NCBI RefSeq assembly: GCF_018977255.1
Contig: NW_024704742.1
Span: forward strand, 58,592,001-58,656,000
Direction: 5' to 3'
Origin: Callorhinchus milii
Taxonomy: Eukaryota
Length of the DNA: 64,000 bases
Shown: positions 1-13,025 of the stretch, piece after piece
How positions within the stretch are numbered: the first letter of the stretch is position 1
Layout of the letters: each line of letters begins with the position of its first letter
The notes under the pieces: generated by a model
Databases searched by the model: none
What the model was told of the DNA's origin: nothing
What the model saw: only the letters and a program-made list of their open reading frames with translations
Made by a program: the position numbers and the translations under genes

Positions 1-226
1 TTCCTTACTCCACACGCCTAATAATAATCCCTCCAAAAAAAGGCAGTCATAAATTGGTCATTTTCAATCTATGACTGTTTGTGGGACATTGCTGTGCGCA
101 ATTGGCTGCTGCATTTTGCCCACAAAATATACAGTCAAATCACTTTACAGTATATTCTGTGAAGCGCTTTGAGACGTCTCATCAACACGATAAGGCGCTT
201 TATCAAACACAAGGATTATTTTTATT
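1..226 (+). mobile_element. Young tRNA-Ala-headed SINE, short subtype, 5' part outside the window
   Basis: Matches the body and tail of the full copy at 51055-51368; ends aaggattatt. Confidence 0.85.
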
Positions 227-327
227 AAATAAATGCCACTTAGCATGGAGTTTCCACTATGTATGGAATGTGCTCTCTCTTCGCCAAAGGGGTGCCCCCT
301 GATTACTTAATTCTGGAAAGTATTGGG

Positions 328-385
328 CAACAACAACAACAACTTGCATTTATATAGCTCCCTTCACGCAGCCTGGAGCGCTTAA
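328..385 (-). mobile_element. L2 LINE 3' tail fragment with (GTT)n end
   Basis: (caa)5-cttgcatttatatagc, the same tail as the L2 at 62207. Similar tails near 24178, 34418, 53421, 54860 and 55530. Confidence 0.6.
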
Positions 386-2479
386 GAGTGGTGGAGCACG
401 ACTGACCTTAGGCACAGGTTGCTGAGAACCAAGATCTTGGGACAGTATTGCTTTAGGTGAGGCATTTCATCAGGACAGAAGTAAATTTAAACCGAATGAA
501 GAATATCCCCATTTTTTCCTGGCATGGAGATCATTCACTGTTGAAATTCTTTTTTGGATCACTTAAAGAGTGTAATAAGACCATTGTGTTTTTTTTCAAA
601 AAACAATCTTTTGCTAAAAATGGCAGACAGTGAAACCCAATGATTTATACTGCACATTCAGCACCAAGGCAATATACTTTTGTGTCAAATTGGAACTAAA
701 AATGGAGTATAAATCAGGATTTGGGGACATCGATTCAATTCCAAACTCCACTCTCAAACCCCAAACCATAGCAATAGCGTTTGAATAGAATCCTTGCCAT
801 CCAATGCAAGATAATTCCCATTCAAAATGCAGCTGATTCCTTTTAAACTTTAAAATGCCATGGCTTTTTAATATCATTAGAGAGTCTGTCATGAACCAGG
901 CTCTTAAATAACTTTACAAATGAGCCTGTGTACCCAACATTAACTTAATCATCTGCAGAGCTCTCCTCTGTCTCCCTCCCCTGATGATGATTGTTAGTGA
1001 TAACGTATATATATATATATATGGTATAACACATGCTAAGGAGTTAGTAGGTGAATTGTATTCCTTTTTTTTATGGATTCCATGAGACAATGACACCATG
1101 ATGATGCCTGATGATGTCCACAGTAAAGGATTAACAATTGGAAGGTAATGACTGCATGGTTATCGAGCCGTTTATAGTAAATAACAAGGTTAGTGAGTAT
1201 GTTAACATTTTCATTCCATCTTCTAAGGCTTTCTGTGTCTTGCTGAAAGGCTGAGAACGCAACCTTCGGTGAAGCTTCTGCGAGTGAAAGTCACCCAAAG
1301 AAGTCACACACTTTGAGGAGGGAGACGACTAAAAAAGAAAATTGGCAGAGAGAGAAAACCCCTCACCAGTTCCCTATTTGATTGTGAATTTGTAACCTTT
1401 CCTGATCTGTACAGCTCAGTGATACCACAGCACCCAGCAAGCTTTGCTTTTGTCCTTTACAGTATCATTGCTAAGCTGCACTGTGCACTGGAGTCTGCCA
1501 TTGCAATTGATAATGAAACAAGTGAAAAATCTTCCAACTTTCCCTTTAACTTGCAGTAACAATCATCTCTTCAAATAATACCCTAAAACCTACCCCTTCG
1601 ACTGTGCTTACGTTCACTGGCCCCTTTCCTCTCTTTCTTGTTTTATGTCTGTGCTCATCATTATTAAGCACTCTGAGGTGTTATACTATGTGAAAGGCAC
1701 TATATAAATGCAAGTTGTTGTAGATCTTTTCTTAACCGGTTCAAGTAGAAACACAGACTGAATGTTTTGAGTTTTTGCTTGGAACCGCTGTATCTCTTCA
1801 ACTAAATGGACACCTGGATGGCTCATTCCTGTTGCTCTGACATTATGCATGACATGAACAGAACTAATTGCTTCCTCTGTGTGCATGGCAAACAAGACCT
1901 ATGTACAACCCTAATGATATATTTTAATTTCCTTCAATTTAATTACGTTACAATATACATACGGCTCTTAATTCCCTTCTAATTGCGCTTGATAAAGCTA
2001 AAAAATACTCATTGACTATCCCCTCCAGCACTGACACCACAATAGCCTTTTATAAAGGTTATAATGTGCTATTCTGTCGTCCTGCACATGTTGCATTTTT
2101 TGCTTATATAGGACAAAATTCAGCAGAACTGGGGAACAGGACAGGATAATTCCCACAGTCTGCAACCAATACAATACTGACAATGCAATAATATTTGTAT
2201 GAATTTAATTTTATTGAGCCCACTTTATATACTTTTTAAAAAAAAAGACAAATACCAGAGATATCTGAAGGCTGTAATTTAATCCTGGGGTTGAGATGAT
2301 GCCTATAAACCAGACGGCCTTCCATCTTACTTTTTACCGTGCTATCTGCAGCCGAGGGATTGAATTGAAGCTTTATTGCTTACTTCCAGCCATTCATAAT
2401 CTTACACGTCAGGAGTGACGGGCATGACTGCATGAGACACCACATTCTGAAGCTTGCTCTCAGTGAACAGCCATACTGC

Positions 2480-2640
2480 AACAAGCTGTGGTTCAAGCAA
2501 AAAGCATCAACGTGTATAAAGAGAAACGTGATGCACACACAAGGGAGAAGGGAATAGGACAGGGCAATAGGAGGGTTGGGACTCTTGTGGGGTATAAACA
2601 CTAGTTGTGCCAAATGGCCTGTTTCCAAGCTGTATCATTC
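2480..2640 (+). mobile_element. CR1-clade LINE 3' end fragment
   Basis: Ends in gccaaatggcctgtttcc, a typical CR1 3' UTR. Related copies at about 4690-4825 (-), 11580-11780, 34465-34565 and 55110-55265. Confidence 0.6.
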
Positions 2641-3196
2641 TTTCATTCTAAAAATCAGAGCAATTGTGACATTTGCATCATCAAGAAAAAGCTGAAGACA
2701 TATTACGATCAAAAAAGGACTTACTTAGGGACTCATGTGGATGTTCAGGGGGCTGCTTGATGGCCCGGGGCCACTTCTGGGCCACTGGCCACAGATTGGC
2801 TGCCACTGCTTTGCTCAGTTCTGGGTCACTACATTTTTTGCAAAGCAACACAAAAGGCTACAACACAAGGGAGTGGAAAGCTAGGAATCTACTACCTATG
2901 TGTAACCTGACAATATACAAAGTGAGAAACATTCCAGAGTAGAAACTTAAAGGTGGCATTGACATTTCCCTGTATTATGATGGACCTGGTGCATTGTACT
3001 GTCAGCAAAAAACAATAACCATTCATTAAATACCGAGCAATTCATTCGTACTGGCCGTGCGCATTAACTGAAGTGTTAATTCTTTCCATATTAACCCTTA
3101 TTTGAGATCGTTTTTTTTTAAAAAAGGCTGTTCTTTGGACCAACAGTATTCTTTGGTCTCATGTGACTAAAGGACATTGCTGCTGCTTTGCAGTAC

Positions 3197-3434
3197 CTGG
3201 TCTCCAGGGGCACATTGCTGCCAAGAACCCAGCTATCCTGCAGCTGGACAGATTCGGGCGTGGTGGGCAGCTCGCTGGGCAGCACGGCCGGTGGGGCCGG
3301 GCTCTGGTTCCTCCGCTGAGTCAGTGAGTTCCTGTTGAGCGAGGTGACCGAGGGCTGCTGCTGGGTCAAGTGCTGCTTATGCAAAGGTGGAAGTGGCTGT
3401 AAGGTCGACTGGCTCTGTTGGTTTGGCGGTTGTT
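3197..3434 (-). CDS. TENM3: Teneurin-3 internal coding exon (intracellular domain), 238 bp, phase 1 to phase 2
   Basis: Translates (E)[78 protein letters not shown](R), matching the recalled TENM3 segment [22 protein letters not shown]...[40 protein letters not shown]. Acceptor tccctttcttttAG at 3436-3435, donor CAG|GTACTG at 3196-3195. Confidence 0.96.
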
Positions 3435-5144
3435 CTAAAAGAAAGGGACACAGAAGAAGAAATCAATTGAAAAGCATCAAGGCTTGTATCAACTCGCCTG
3501 TTCATCACAATTGCATTCTGCCAAAATAATGTCAGTTAGATCCATTGAAGATCAGTTGAAAGCAGTTAATCTACTGAACTGGCTTTATATTGGAATCAAT
3601 TGGAATATATATTTGCCTCCAAATGTACATCAGTATTGGCATGAGGTTAGCAGTATAGCACCACCTAGACTTCTAGCAGATGTTAGGTAGGTTGTCAATT
3701 CTGCATCAGCTCCACTGTAATCCACAATGTGACACCACAGCACAATACATAGAATCTGCTTTACTTCTTTACTTGTGCAAGTCTGATTCTCCCCTCCCCA
3801 ACATTCCTCTAGACAAAACAAATGGGCATTCACTTCATGGTTGTTTGTGGGACACTGCTGCGTGCAAATTGGCTGCATGTTTGTTTATAAAATACACAGC
3901 AACTAGACTTTACAGTAAATCCTGCGAAGCTTTGAAATGTCTTTCCAACATGAAAGGTAATATAACAGATGTAAGGATTATTATTACTATTTACATTTAC
4001 TCTTTCATGTTGGAAGAATGGCTCACAGTGCTTCACACAGTTGACTGGGAACCTGAACGGGGGTGGGGTGGGGGGTTGGAGATTAGGAGAGAAAGTGGAG
4101 GAGTGGGAAAGATGACTGAAAGCATGTTTGAAAAAAATAAGTCTTAAGTACTACAACAACGACAAGCCCCATAACTCCAGCAGCACAAATGAGGCAGGCA
4201 GCACTTTTTAAAGCATCTAATCACTCCAGTGCCTCAAGGCCTACTATGTATGACAGCACTGGAGAGTAAGTGCCCCCATCAGTGCATTTTTATAAGTTAC
4301 AAAGAATTATAATGAACGTCCATTTGTTCATTCTTGTTTAATAGTCAGTGTTGATAACATCATTGCAGGAAGTGGCTTGGAGGAGTTACTGAGCCTGACC
4401 CTTGGGGAGATGAAATAACACACACTTGAAATGATACAAGCGCTGAAGCACACTGTTGCTCTACTGATGTTAATTCAGTTCTATCACAGTTTCACTCAAA
4501 AATACTTGCATTTGAATATAGTGACTTATCACGTCAAAATGTCTCAAGATACTTCAGAGAAAGCACGTTTTGAAGTACAGACTTTTGTTAGGTAGGCAGC
4601 TAAACTGCCAATAACTTCCCACAAACAGCAATGTGAGGAACAACCAATTAATTTGTACTTTGGGTGAATATGGAAGATTTGCAAAGACTGACGCAGGCCA
4701 TTCGGCCCAACCAGTCTATGCCAGTGTTTATACTTCACATGAGTTTCCATCCATTCCTATACTCCCTCCCACATCCTTCTATTCCCTGCACCCTCATGTG
4801 AAGATCTAGCTTCCTCTTGAACGAAGAGGGAAGAACAATGACCAGAGCACTGCGAGAATTACCTTCTCTTTAAAATAGTGCCTAGGAAACTTCAACATCT
4901 ACCTGAATCACCAACACCAGAACAGGCAGAGTGGACCTCAGTTGAACATTAATCCAGTCTTGTATTCCTAACACATTTCACTGCTTACAATGCTTTCTGT
5001 CCAAACAAACAATAACTAAACAAAAGAGTTATTGCAATTCTTCACCCCAAATTCTCAAAAGGATTTTGTTTGACAGTCGCTATTATGTTTAAACAGAGAA
5101 GTTTGACCTATTTGAAATAACAATACTTGAATTTGACACAGTAC

Positions 5145-5523
5145 CTTACCACATCAAAACATGTCAAAGCACTTCACAGTAGATACTGATAAATGTGGTG
5201 ACTGTGTACTTGTAGGCAAATGCAATTTATAGGCCAATTTACACAGAACAACGTTCCACAAAAGTGAATGGTCAATTTAACTGGAGGATGTTGGCCAAGA
5301 CACCAACTCCCTTCTCTTTTTAAATAGTGGCATGGGATCCTTAATGTCCATCTGAACAGGCAGACAGATCTTTGATTTAATGTCTCAGCCAAAGGAGCAT
5401 CTCCAACAATCCACCACTCCCCCAATGCTATATTAGGGTTTTGGCCTAGATGATTAGATGAGTCTTGAACATACAACCTTCTGTTCCAGCGGCAAGAGTG
5501 CTACCAACTGAGCCAGGCTGACA
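5145..5523 (-). mobile_element. Deu-domain tRNA-derived SINE (older family)
   Basis: Reverse strand gives head tgtcagcctggctcagttggtagcactcttgcc, Deu-like core ctgcctgttcagatggacattaaggatcccatgccactatt, and the shared 3' tail. Confidence 0.75.
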
Positions 5524-7325
5524 TCCAAATGACTCTAATTCACATATTTGTCTCATGCTCACGTGACAGAGGCACACTGTTACAGCTGTGGTCTGTTGAA
5601 GATACAGATCTCAATGGTGACGGTTGCTCTCAAGTTTAAACAGAACAGCTCATGCCACCCCTTTGAAATGGCTCTGATTTAGATACTTTGGACCTCACGC
5701 TCACATGACCCACAAAATATACGCCCACAAAATATACAGTATATTCTGTGAAGTGCTTTGAGATGTCTCGAAGACTTGATCAAATGCAAGGATTATTATT
5801 ATTATGACGGAGACACACTGTCAGAGCGGCAGTCTGGTGCAGATGGATTGTGCCTGCAGCTCATGGGACGTTCAGCCGTGCGCAGCCTCCCACTTGTTGA
5901 GAGAGAACAGGACGAGTCGCCCTGCAGTGCACCGGTAATGCTTCACGTTCCACTCAGTGAGCAGGAGTATTCTTCACACACTTACTTTGGCACAAACCCA
6001 TTCTGTAGAGCAGATGTTCCTTCATGCCTATTTTACAGATTGTAGCACAGCTGATCATAGCGCTCGAAACATCATGTACCTAATGACCATTAAATCCATT
6101 AGACTATCCATTTCCTCAACTCACGCTGCAGATTTTCTGATCTTACAGGATGCACACAATGGGACGCCTGGATGAGGGTTCAGGAACCTCTGCTGAGCAG
6201 TTGGCACCCACCCTAGTACTTACACAGCCGACTCCTCATTAGTACAGATCTACTTTGCCAAGAAAGACTGGCCTTGGATCAGGCTTCTGTAGACTGCTTT
6301 AAAGGACATCGCTGACCTCAATCAACAAAAGGATTCTGCAGGGTGGCTCAGTTCCTGAAATAATCAGGCACATACCAGTCTGCACTATTCTGTTGCTACA
6401 GTAAATGCAACTTGTAGTAACTAAATGTGAAAGATGCTGTGTCAAATGTGAGTGTTGTTACAGCAAATGACTTTCTTCTTTGCATAATGGCACATTTGCA
6501 AACTGACTGACTTTGAAGAGAAAACAATAATTATAAAATTGAGATATTCCCAAATCTAAAACAAACTGTGAAACGGAGATAGGAGGCACAACAATAATAA
6601 TAATCCTTGCATTTGATAATAGCGCCTTGTCATGTCATTGAGACATCTCAAAGCACTTCACAGAATATACTGCAAATTGAATTGACTGTATATTTTGTGG
6701 GCGGAAGCAAATTAAACAGGTACATTCCTTCTACGGAAGAAAACTCTGACATGAGCAGTTATCTCTTTGTATTCCATGGTATCCTCTGATAATGACAATG
6801 AGAGAAATGCTGCAAAGGTTAGAGAAACCAAGATGCCATCAGGTCATGTTAACCATGTGTCATAGCAGGCACAGCCGAGTTCATTACTGTGTGTACCTAT
6901 GCCTGCTGCTGGTTGATAAAGGCCATGCTACAGAAGAGAGGTGGAAGTGCTATTGATCAAGACCTTCTTGGCACTATAATGCATTATATACAGACACTGA
7001 AATACAGAGTGAGATGAATCTGAATAGAACGAGACCCTAAGCACCACACAAAGCAAAATTTATGGTATGGTTAAAAATTCCAGTCTTCAATAGAAATGAA
7101 AAAAAGATCAGGTTTAAAAGGAGGTACTTAACCCATGATTTTTCAATGCCACATTATCATGTGTGGCCATTAGTAATATGTTATTTCAAAAGATTCATAT
7201 CCCGTGGAAGAACTAAAACTACATCCTTTACTGTTTCCATTTAATGGGGCTGAGTGGTATCCATTGAATCTTTTTTATAGTCTTGTTTAATTTGAGGTTA
7301 TTTTTTGCTAGTTTTGTTCTACTTA

Positions 7326-7720
7326 TAAGAACATAAGAACTTTAAGGCAAAAGAAGACCAAGCTCCATTTAGTTCATTTTCCACCATCCTGCAGTCGCTT
7401 GACATGTCGTGTCCCTAACTATACACTGTATCCTGAGATATTATTTTCTAGCAGAATTCTATCTAATTCTATCTTGATACAAATGAAATTTTCTGCTTGC
7501 GCTGTTTCTCTATGGAGCCTGTTCCATAAGTTTACTACTCTCTCACTGAAGCAGTGTTACCACAAATTTGTTCTGAATTTAACCCCTCTCAGTCGTAGGC
7601 CGTGTCCTCTGGTTCTACTGTTCAGTACAAGATAAAACAGCTTATTATGGTCTACATTATCTATTCCCTTCAGAATCTTAAAGACCATAATCATATCACC
7701 CCTCAACCTTCATCTATCTT
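7326..7720 (-). mobile_element. CR1 LINE 3' fragment
   Basis: Reverse translation includes GDMIMVFKILKGIDNV (CR1 ORF2 C-terminus); terminal (ttcttatg)n microsatellite. Related 3' end at about 48010-48160 (+). Confidence 0.75.
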
Positions 7721-7835
7721 CTTACAGAAGGCTGGTTTAAGCTTTGTTGTATTTCACGTGCTATGATGGTGAAGTGAGAAGTCACATAAAGTATACAACA
7801 ATAAAACCCATCAAAGCCATCTTCTTCCCCACACG

Positions 7836-8170
7836 TGTCAGCCTGGCTCAGTTGGCAGCTCTCTCACCTCTGAGTCAGAAAGTTGTGGGTTCAAGCTCCA
7901 AGTCAGGACATTGAGCTCACAAGTCTCGGTTGACAGTCCATAACAGTGCTGGGTTGCTACAATGATGGAGATATCGTCGTTCAGATGACATGTTAACCTA
8001 GTGCTGACTGCCTGTTCAGGTGGGCAAAAAAGATCCCATGGCTCTATTAGAAAAGAGAATGGAGTTTCTCCTGTGTCCTGGACCACTGTCACCCAATAAA
8101 ATTAGTCATTCACTTCATGGCTATTTGTTGGACACTACTTGGATAAATTAGCTGCCATTTGAGTGTAGAA
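7836..8170 (+). mobile_element. Deu-domain tRNA-derived SINE
   Basis: Pol III A box (tggctcagttgg) and B box (ggttcaagc); core ctgcctgttcaggtgg...aaagatcccatggc...tgtcctgg resembles the Deu domain of AmnSINE1/SacSINE1-type SINEs. Confidence 0.8.
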
Positions 8171-11100
8171 CAAGTAAACTGCTTTCTCCAATAGACCTGT
8201 ACACCAAGACGAGTCACTCACTGCTTTTAAAAAAAACAAAAGAAAAAGTATTCATTTTATTTTAACAAAATAGGTTTCCTATTTCTTTTTATGTTCAGAA
8301 TATTAAAAGACTAGCATATTGAAAGGGTAGTAAGCTACTAAATACATTAGATATGAAGGGAATGTGTTACTCGGAGGGTTAATGTTTCCATCTTCTGTTT
8401 CTCTTCTTGTTCCTAGGTTTTCACATATCTCTATTTTCTGCATTTCACTCACTATATTAAATTCCCATTGTTTGACAGGAAATGCAATATATTTCCATGT
8501 TTATATGTAATTCCAATTAAAATAAGGAAATTAAACTTTGCATAACAGCTCAGTATGTGGCATCTTTGTGGAAGATTAAGAGGCATCAGCAGCTTTGCAG
8601 CTGAGCTCCGAGCTTACTTCATATCCATTTTCTCTTCTTTTCGTATTTTGTGTCTCTCAAACATGAAGCAGTTCATCCTTGTGATATTTCAGGGGGTGCA
8701 AGAACAAACTACTTAATTTTCCTCTTGTAGTTCAGAATTGCAATGATTGGACATGATTATGGAATACTCTTTGTTTTTAAGACTAAAAATAAAAGTACAT
8801 CTCTGTACTAGATATATATTTAAGTAGAACAAGATGAGTGGTATAATTACCTTACACACTATGGCAGAGTTATGGAAGAAAATCACCAACGAAATTTGGT
8901 TTCACTTAATATTTTATAGTCATCTTTTCCCTCCTGACTAGCTCTTGGCTTCCAACCCAGCTCGATTGCCAATCCAGCATTGTCCTTCTGATATAAATTT
9001 GTATTGTATTTTTTAAAAAAGCAAATGCCAAATCATTACCAGCAAGTAGCACAGTGTAAATTTCAGGCAGGAATAGACTAATCATTTTGAAAAAGCTAGA
9101 AAGTGTTTGGTGATAGTATCTTTTTCATAACATTTCCTCACCTTCTCCCCCAAATGTGTCAAAAAAATCATTCTGCATATATCAGACTAGACATTGAGTA
9201 TTAGAAAGCTATGTGATGGGGTGGGGTGAGGGAAGGCATTGCTGTTAAGTGATCATGAGCAGAATTGATGGTTGTCCCGCCAATTAAGTAGTCTTGTCAT
9301 TCTGGATAATAAGGACTTAAACAATTTGCTTATTGAATGGCATGCTTATTTTACTTTAGAAAGTTTGAATGGTTTATATGTAAAAACAGGAGCTACAAAA
9401 AACTGAACTGTCCCAACACAGGAGTCATGATATAATGCAGATCCACTAAGTGTAGATCATTGGAATCCAAGTCAAAGAAAAACATATTTAAAGACAATTG
9501 CTCCATAAAAGATTGATGTTGCAGTTTCGGGAATTATTCCACACCAGCAAGAATGTGGAATGATAACACTGGCAGAGAAATGCTGGTGTGCTCACACCAA
9601 GATTTTATTTCTCTTTTGATTAAGTCAGTCTGATTATAGACAGAACATTTCAATAGCAGATAGAAATCTACAAGCCAGAAGAGACCATTATATCCATCTG
9701 CCTGGTCCCAAAGTAAAAAAAAATACTCAACCTCTTGTGTCCTTCAATTGATTTCTTCACCAATCAGCTCACCATACATCCCTCTTGAATTAGTCTATTA
9801 TACACATTATAATAATAGAATTATTGAAAACATTAACCTCTCTCTCTCTGTAAAGTAATCAAAACTGAACTATCTATTCATCTCTCCTCCCGCTTGAGTA
9901 GCCCTAACATGCCTGGTCAATATGGTCTTTTGTTAACATTTCAAAATAATATTTTGGAAATTTCTGGAAATGGGAATTGGTTTTCCACAGGTCCTTAAGT
10001 ACTGTGTAAAACTGGTTTGCACATTAGGATCGAATTTAGAAATGTTCTAAAATTCTCCATGATTTTACATTGTTGACAACTGTCTTAGAGCTGGCAATGG
10101 GAGAAATTTTAATCTTCCGAGTTTGAGTCCAGTCTCCTTGTAGTAGATTCATGGATCATGCAGTTTTATCACATGTCATTAGGGTTCATTTATCTATACA
10201 CTTTAGGATCATAAATAGTATGATACGATCTCCCTGATTATTCTCTTCTCCAGTGTTAACAAGCTCAGTTTCTGTAACATTTCTTGCAAACGCAAATGCC
10301 TAATTTCTAGCTATCAATTTAGTTATCTTGCATGATAACTTAGATATATACATGTTTTATTTATAAATGTGTACAAGTATGCAAGCATTTTGTACCATCA
10401 AATTGCACATGAATCACATCAAACTCTTCACATAAGCAAACTTGTACCTTTCTATTTGTTCCCAACTTGCCTTCATTCTGGTTCAAATGCATGGTTAATT
10501 TCTGGTTAATTTTGAACATTTCTGTGTTTGGTGACCTACTGAGCACCTTACTGTAGATGCCATTGTATCTCCATATAGTCTCGTTCACATTGAGTTTAAT
10601 TTACATATATCCTCGGGCCAAACAGCAGTGCACCCAAGGAGTCAAAGAGAACCAATTCCATGTCTGAAGGGCACCTTACCATAGGACATCACATTTACAT
10701 AACTAATGTCCCAACCTTGCGGAAATCATTAATGACATTGTCTCAGTTAGGAAAAGAATAGTAAATCTTAGTTGTGTCAGACTGCTGTACTTTCCTCTGC
10801 GTCTCTCTCTTTTTCTCTCTTTTGCTTGGTTTATACTACAGTCCTGCCACCATCACAATTTCTCTAGTTACCAGCTCAAGCAAAGGGAAAAAGAGGCAAC
10901 CTCTTTGGATGTGACAATGGCGGAAATTGTTCTGTGGTCATATTCCTTGTAGCTGATCAGCCAACTTTTATATTTGTTTGCTTTATGTGTGCATAGAATG
11001 TAAATAATCATGCACACACAGATTTTGTAGGCAAACATATGTTTGCATATGTATGCATATTATGTGATAACTTCACATGTTCTTCATAGGACATTGTTCT

Positions 11101-12699
11101 TCACATCTCTAATGGGAAATCCCTTTTGGGGCAGGGGGGTGAGGGGGCAGCCAGATATTTGATAAGAGCAGAAACTCACCAGCATGCTTACAAGTATCCA
11201 AACAGAGTGCCATGCATCTCGCCGATACATGGAAATTTGCAAGTTATTTAATGGAATGGGATGCACATTCTCTCCCTGAAGGAATGCATCCTGCTTACCT
11301 AATTCTGGAGAGTCATAAGTGCAGGTTGGCAAGAACCAAGGCCTGGGAACCCCAGACTGTGTATTGAGGTATTATTGGAGTATAACCAGCTAAAATTGCG
11401 TAGCTTGCCATTGAAAGCACTGTCTCACTGATTGTCTAGCTCAGAACACCCAGTACTGAGATGCCAAACTAAGCTCAAAACCTGGGGATTAAAGCCTAAA
11501 GCTTCTTACTCAAAGGTGACAGTGTTAACAAATGAACCAAACAACTGGGCATAAATATAAGACAGCCTGTAGTAGTTCTAATAGGGAGTTTAGGAAGAAC
11601 TTCTTTACGCAGAAGGCGGTGAGAATGCGGAACTCACTGTTTGATGCAAATAGCATCAATGTATTTAAGAGAACCTTGATGAATACATGAAGGAGGAGAA
11701 TAATTGGGAGAGGGTGAGGGAAATTTTCTATAGTGAAAAGGATTAGTGCAGACTAGTTAGGACTAGTTAACTCTGTAAATTTATAGTCGGAAAGACAATT
11801 TATTTCTTGTTTTACTGAGAGGATGTGGTTTTGCATTGCTGGAAGGAGAGAAGAGAGGTGGGCAAACAAATCTGTTCAGCCTTCAAGGAAAAGAAAGGGT
11901 TAATCCTAGGAGAGGAATGCAATAAAATGCTCCAAGCAGCTTTTAAAATATGCACATGTCATCTTGAAACAGCTGCAGAAATGAGTTTTGGTAAATAAAC
12001 ATAAGAATATATTTTCATCATTGAATTTTCTAGCAATCAGCCTCTAGATAAAATTGCAGTAATGATGCTACAACCATTAATCTTGTGAACCTTTGCCACA
12101 TATTGAGCAAATGGAGAGAGCTGGCATTGACACTAACAGGTGCGGCTGGCATATAAACTGCAAACCAGAGTAAAGATTCCCCTCCCCCCATTAAATTAAT
12201 GTAGTGTAGAATGCCACCAATAAAAAATACCCAGGGAACGATTCCAGAGCTTTAATATAATCTCGGCATTTTGACAAACTGCTCCAACTCAGCTTCTTTA
12301 GTTGATAGTGTTATCCCAACCTTTTGTTTTGATATCTACTTTATAATAAAGAAAAATCAGATTTTCCTTCGTGCTCATCACGGTGAAGGATGTCACTGCA
12401 GTAGAATGGAACAAATTTCCACTTTTGGAATCCAATATAAACATCGTACAATTCCACGTCAGGTCCAGTAGGAACTAAATACACAGTAAACTCTATGGGG
12501 ATATATCAAGTGGGGAGCTGAGACATAGAAAGCAAGTAGGTGCTAGATTTCACATTGCTCTGTGGGGATTTAGATAAGCTCAGCAAGGGATACATTGGGG
12601 TCACTGTTTGGGATTAAAACAGGTAAGGTTCTCAATTTATATCTAACTGTTCTGCTGGCATTGGTAGTACTGTACTTTTGTATGAACTAGAACATTGAG

Positions 12700-13025
12700 G
12701 GTTCAAGGCCACCTCAAGACTTTGAGCTCATAGTCAGCCTGACAATCCACTGCAGTGCTGCTGTGTTTTGGATAAGGAGTCCCGTTTACCTGTTCAAGTG
12801 GACGTTAGAGATCTCATGGCATTAATTGAAAAGTGAATGGAACTTCTCCCTTCCAGTTGTCCTGACCAACTATTGGTCACTCACACACTTCATGGCTGTT
12901 TGTAGCACATTGTTGTGTGCAAATTTGTACGGCGTTTGCATACAGTCGCTGTACAGAAAACTTTGTGAAGTGCTTTAAGATGATTCAATGTTACAAGATC
13001 CAAAACAAATACAAAAATTATTATT
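12700..13025 (+). mobile_element. Degenerate Deu-domain SINE
   Basis: cctgttcaagtggacgttagagatctcatggca core plus tail. Further copies at about 14430-14712 (-), 16155-16370 (+) and 20300-20563 (+). Confidence 0.65.
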
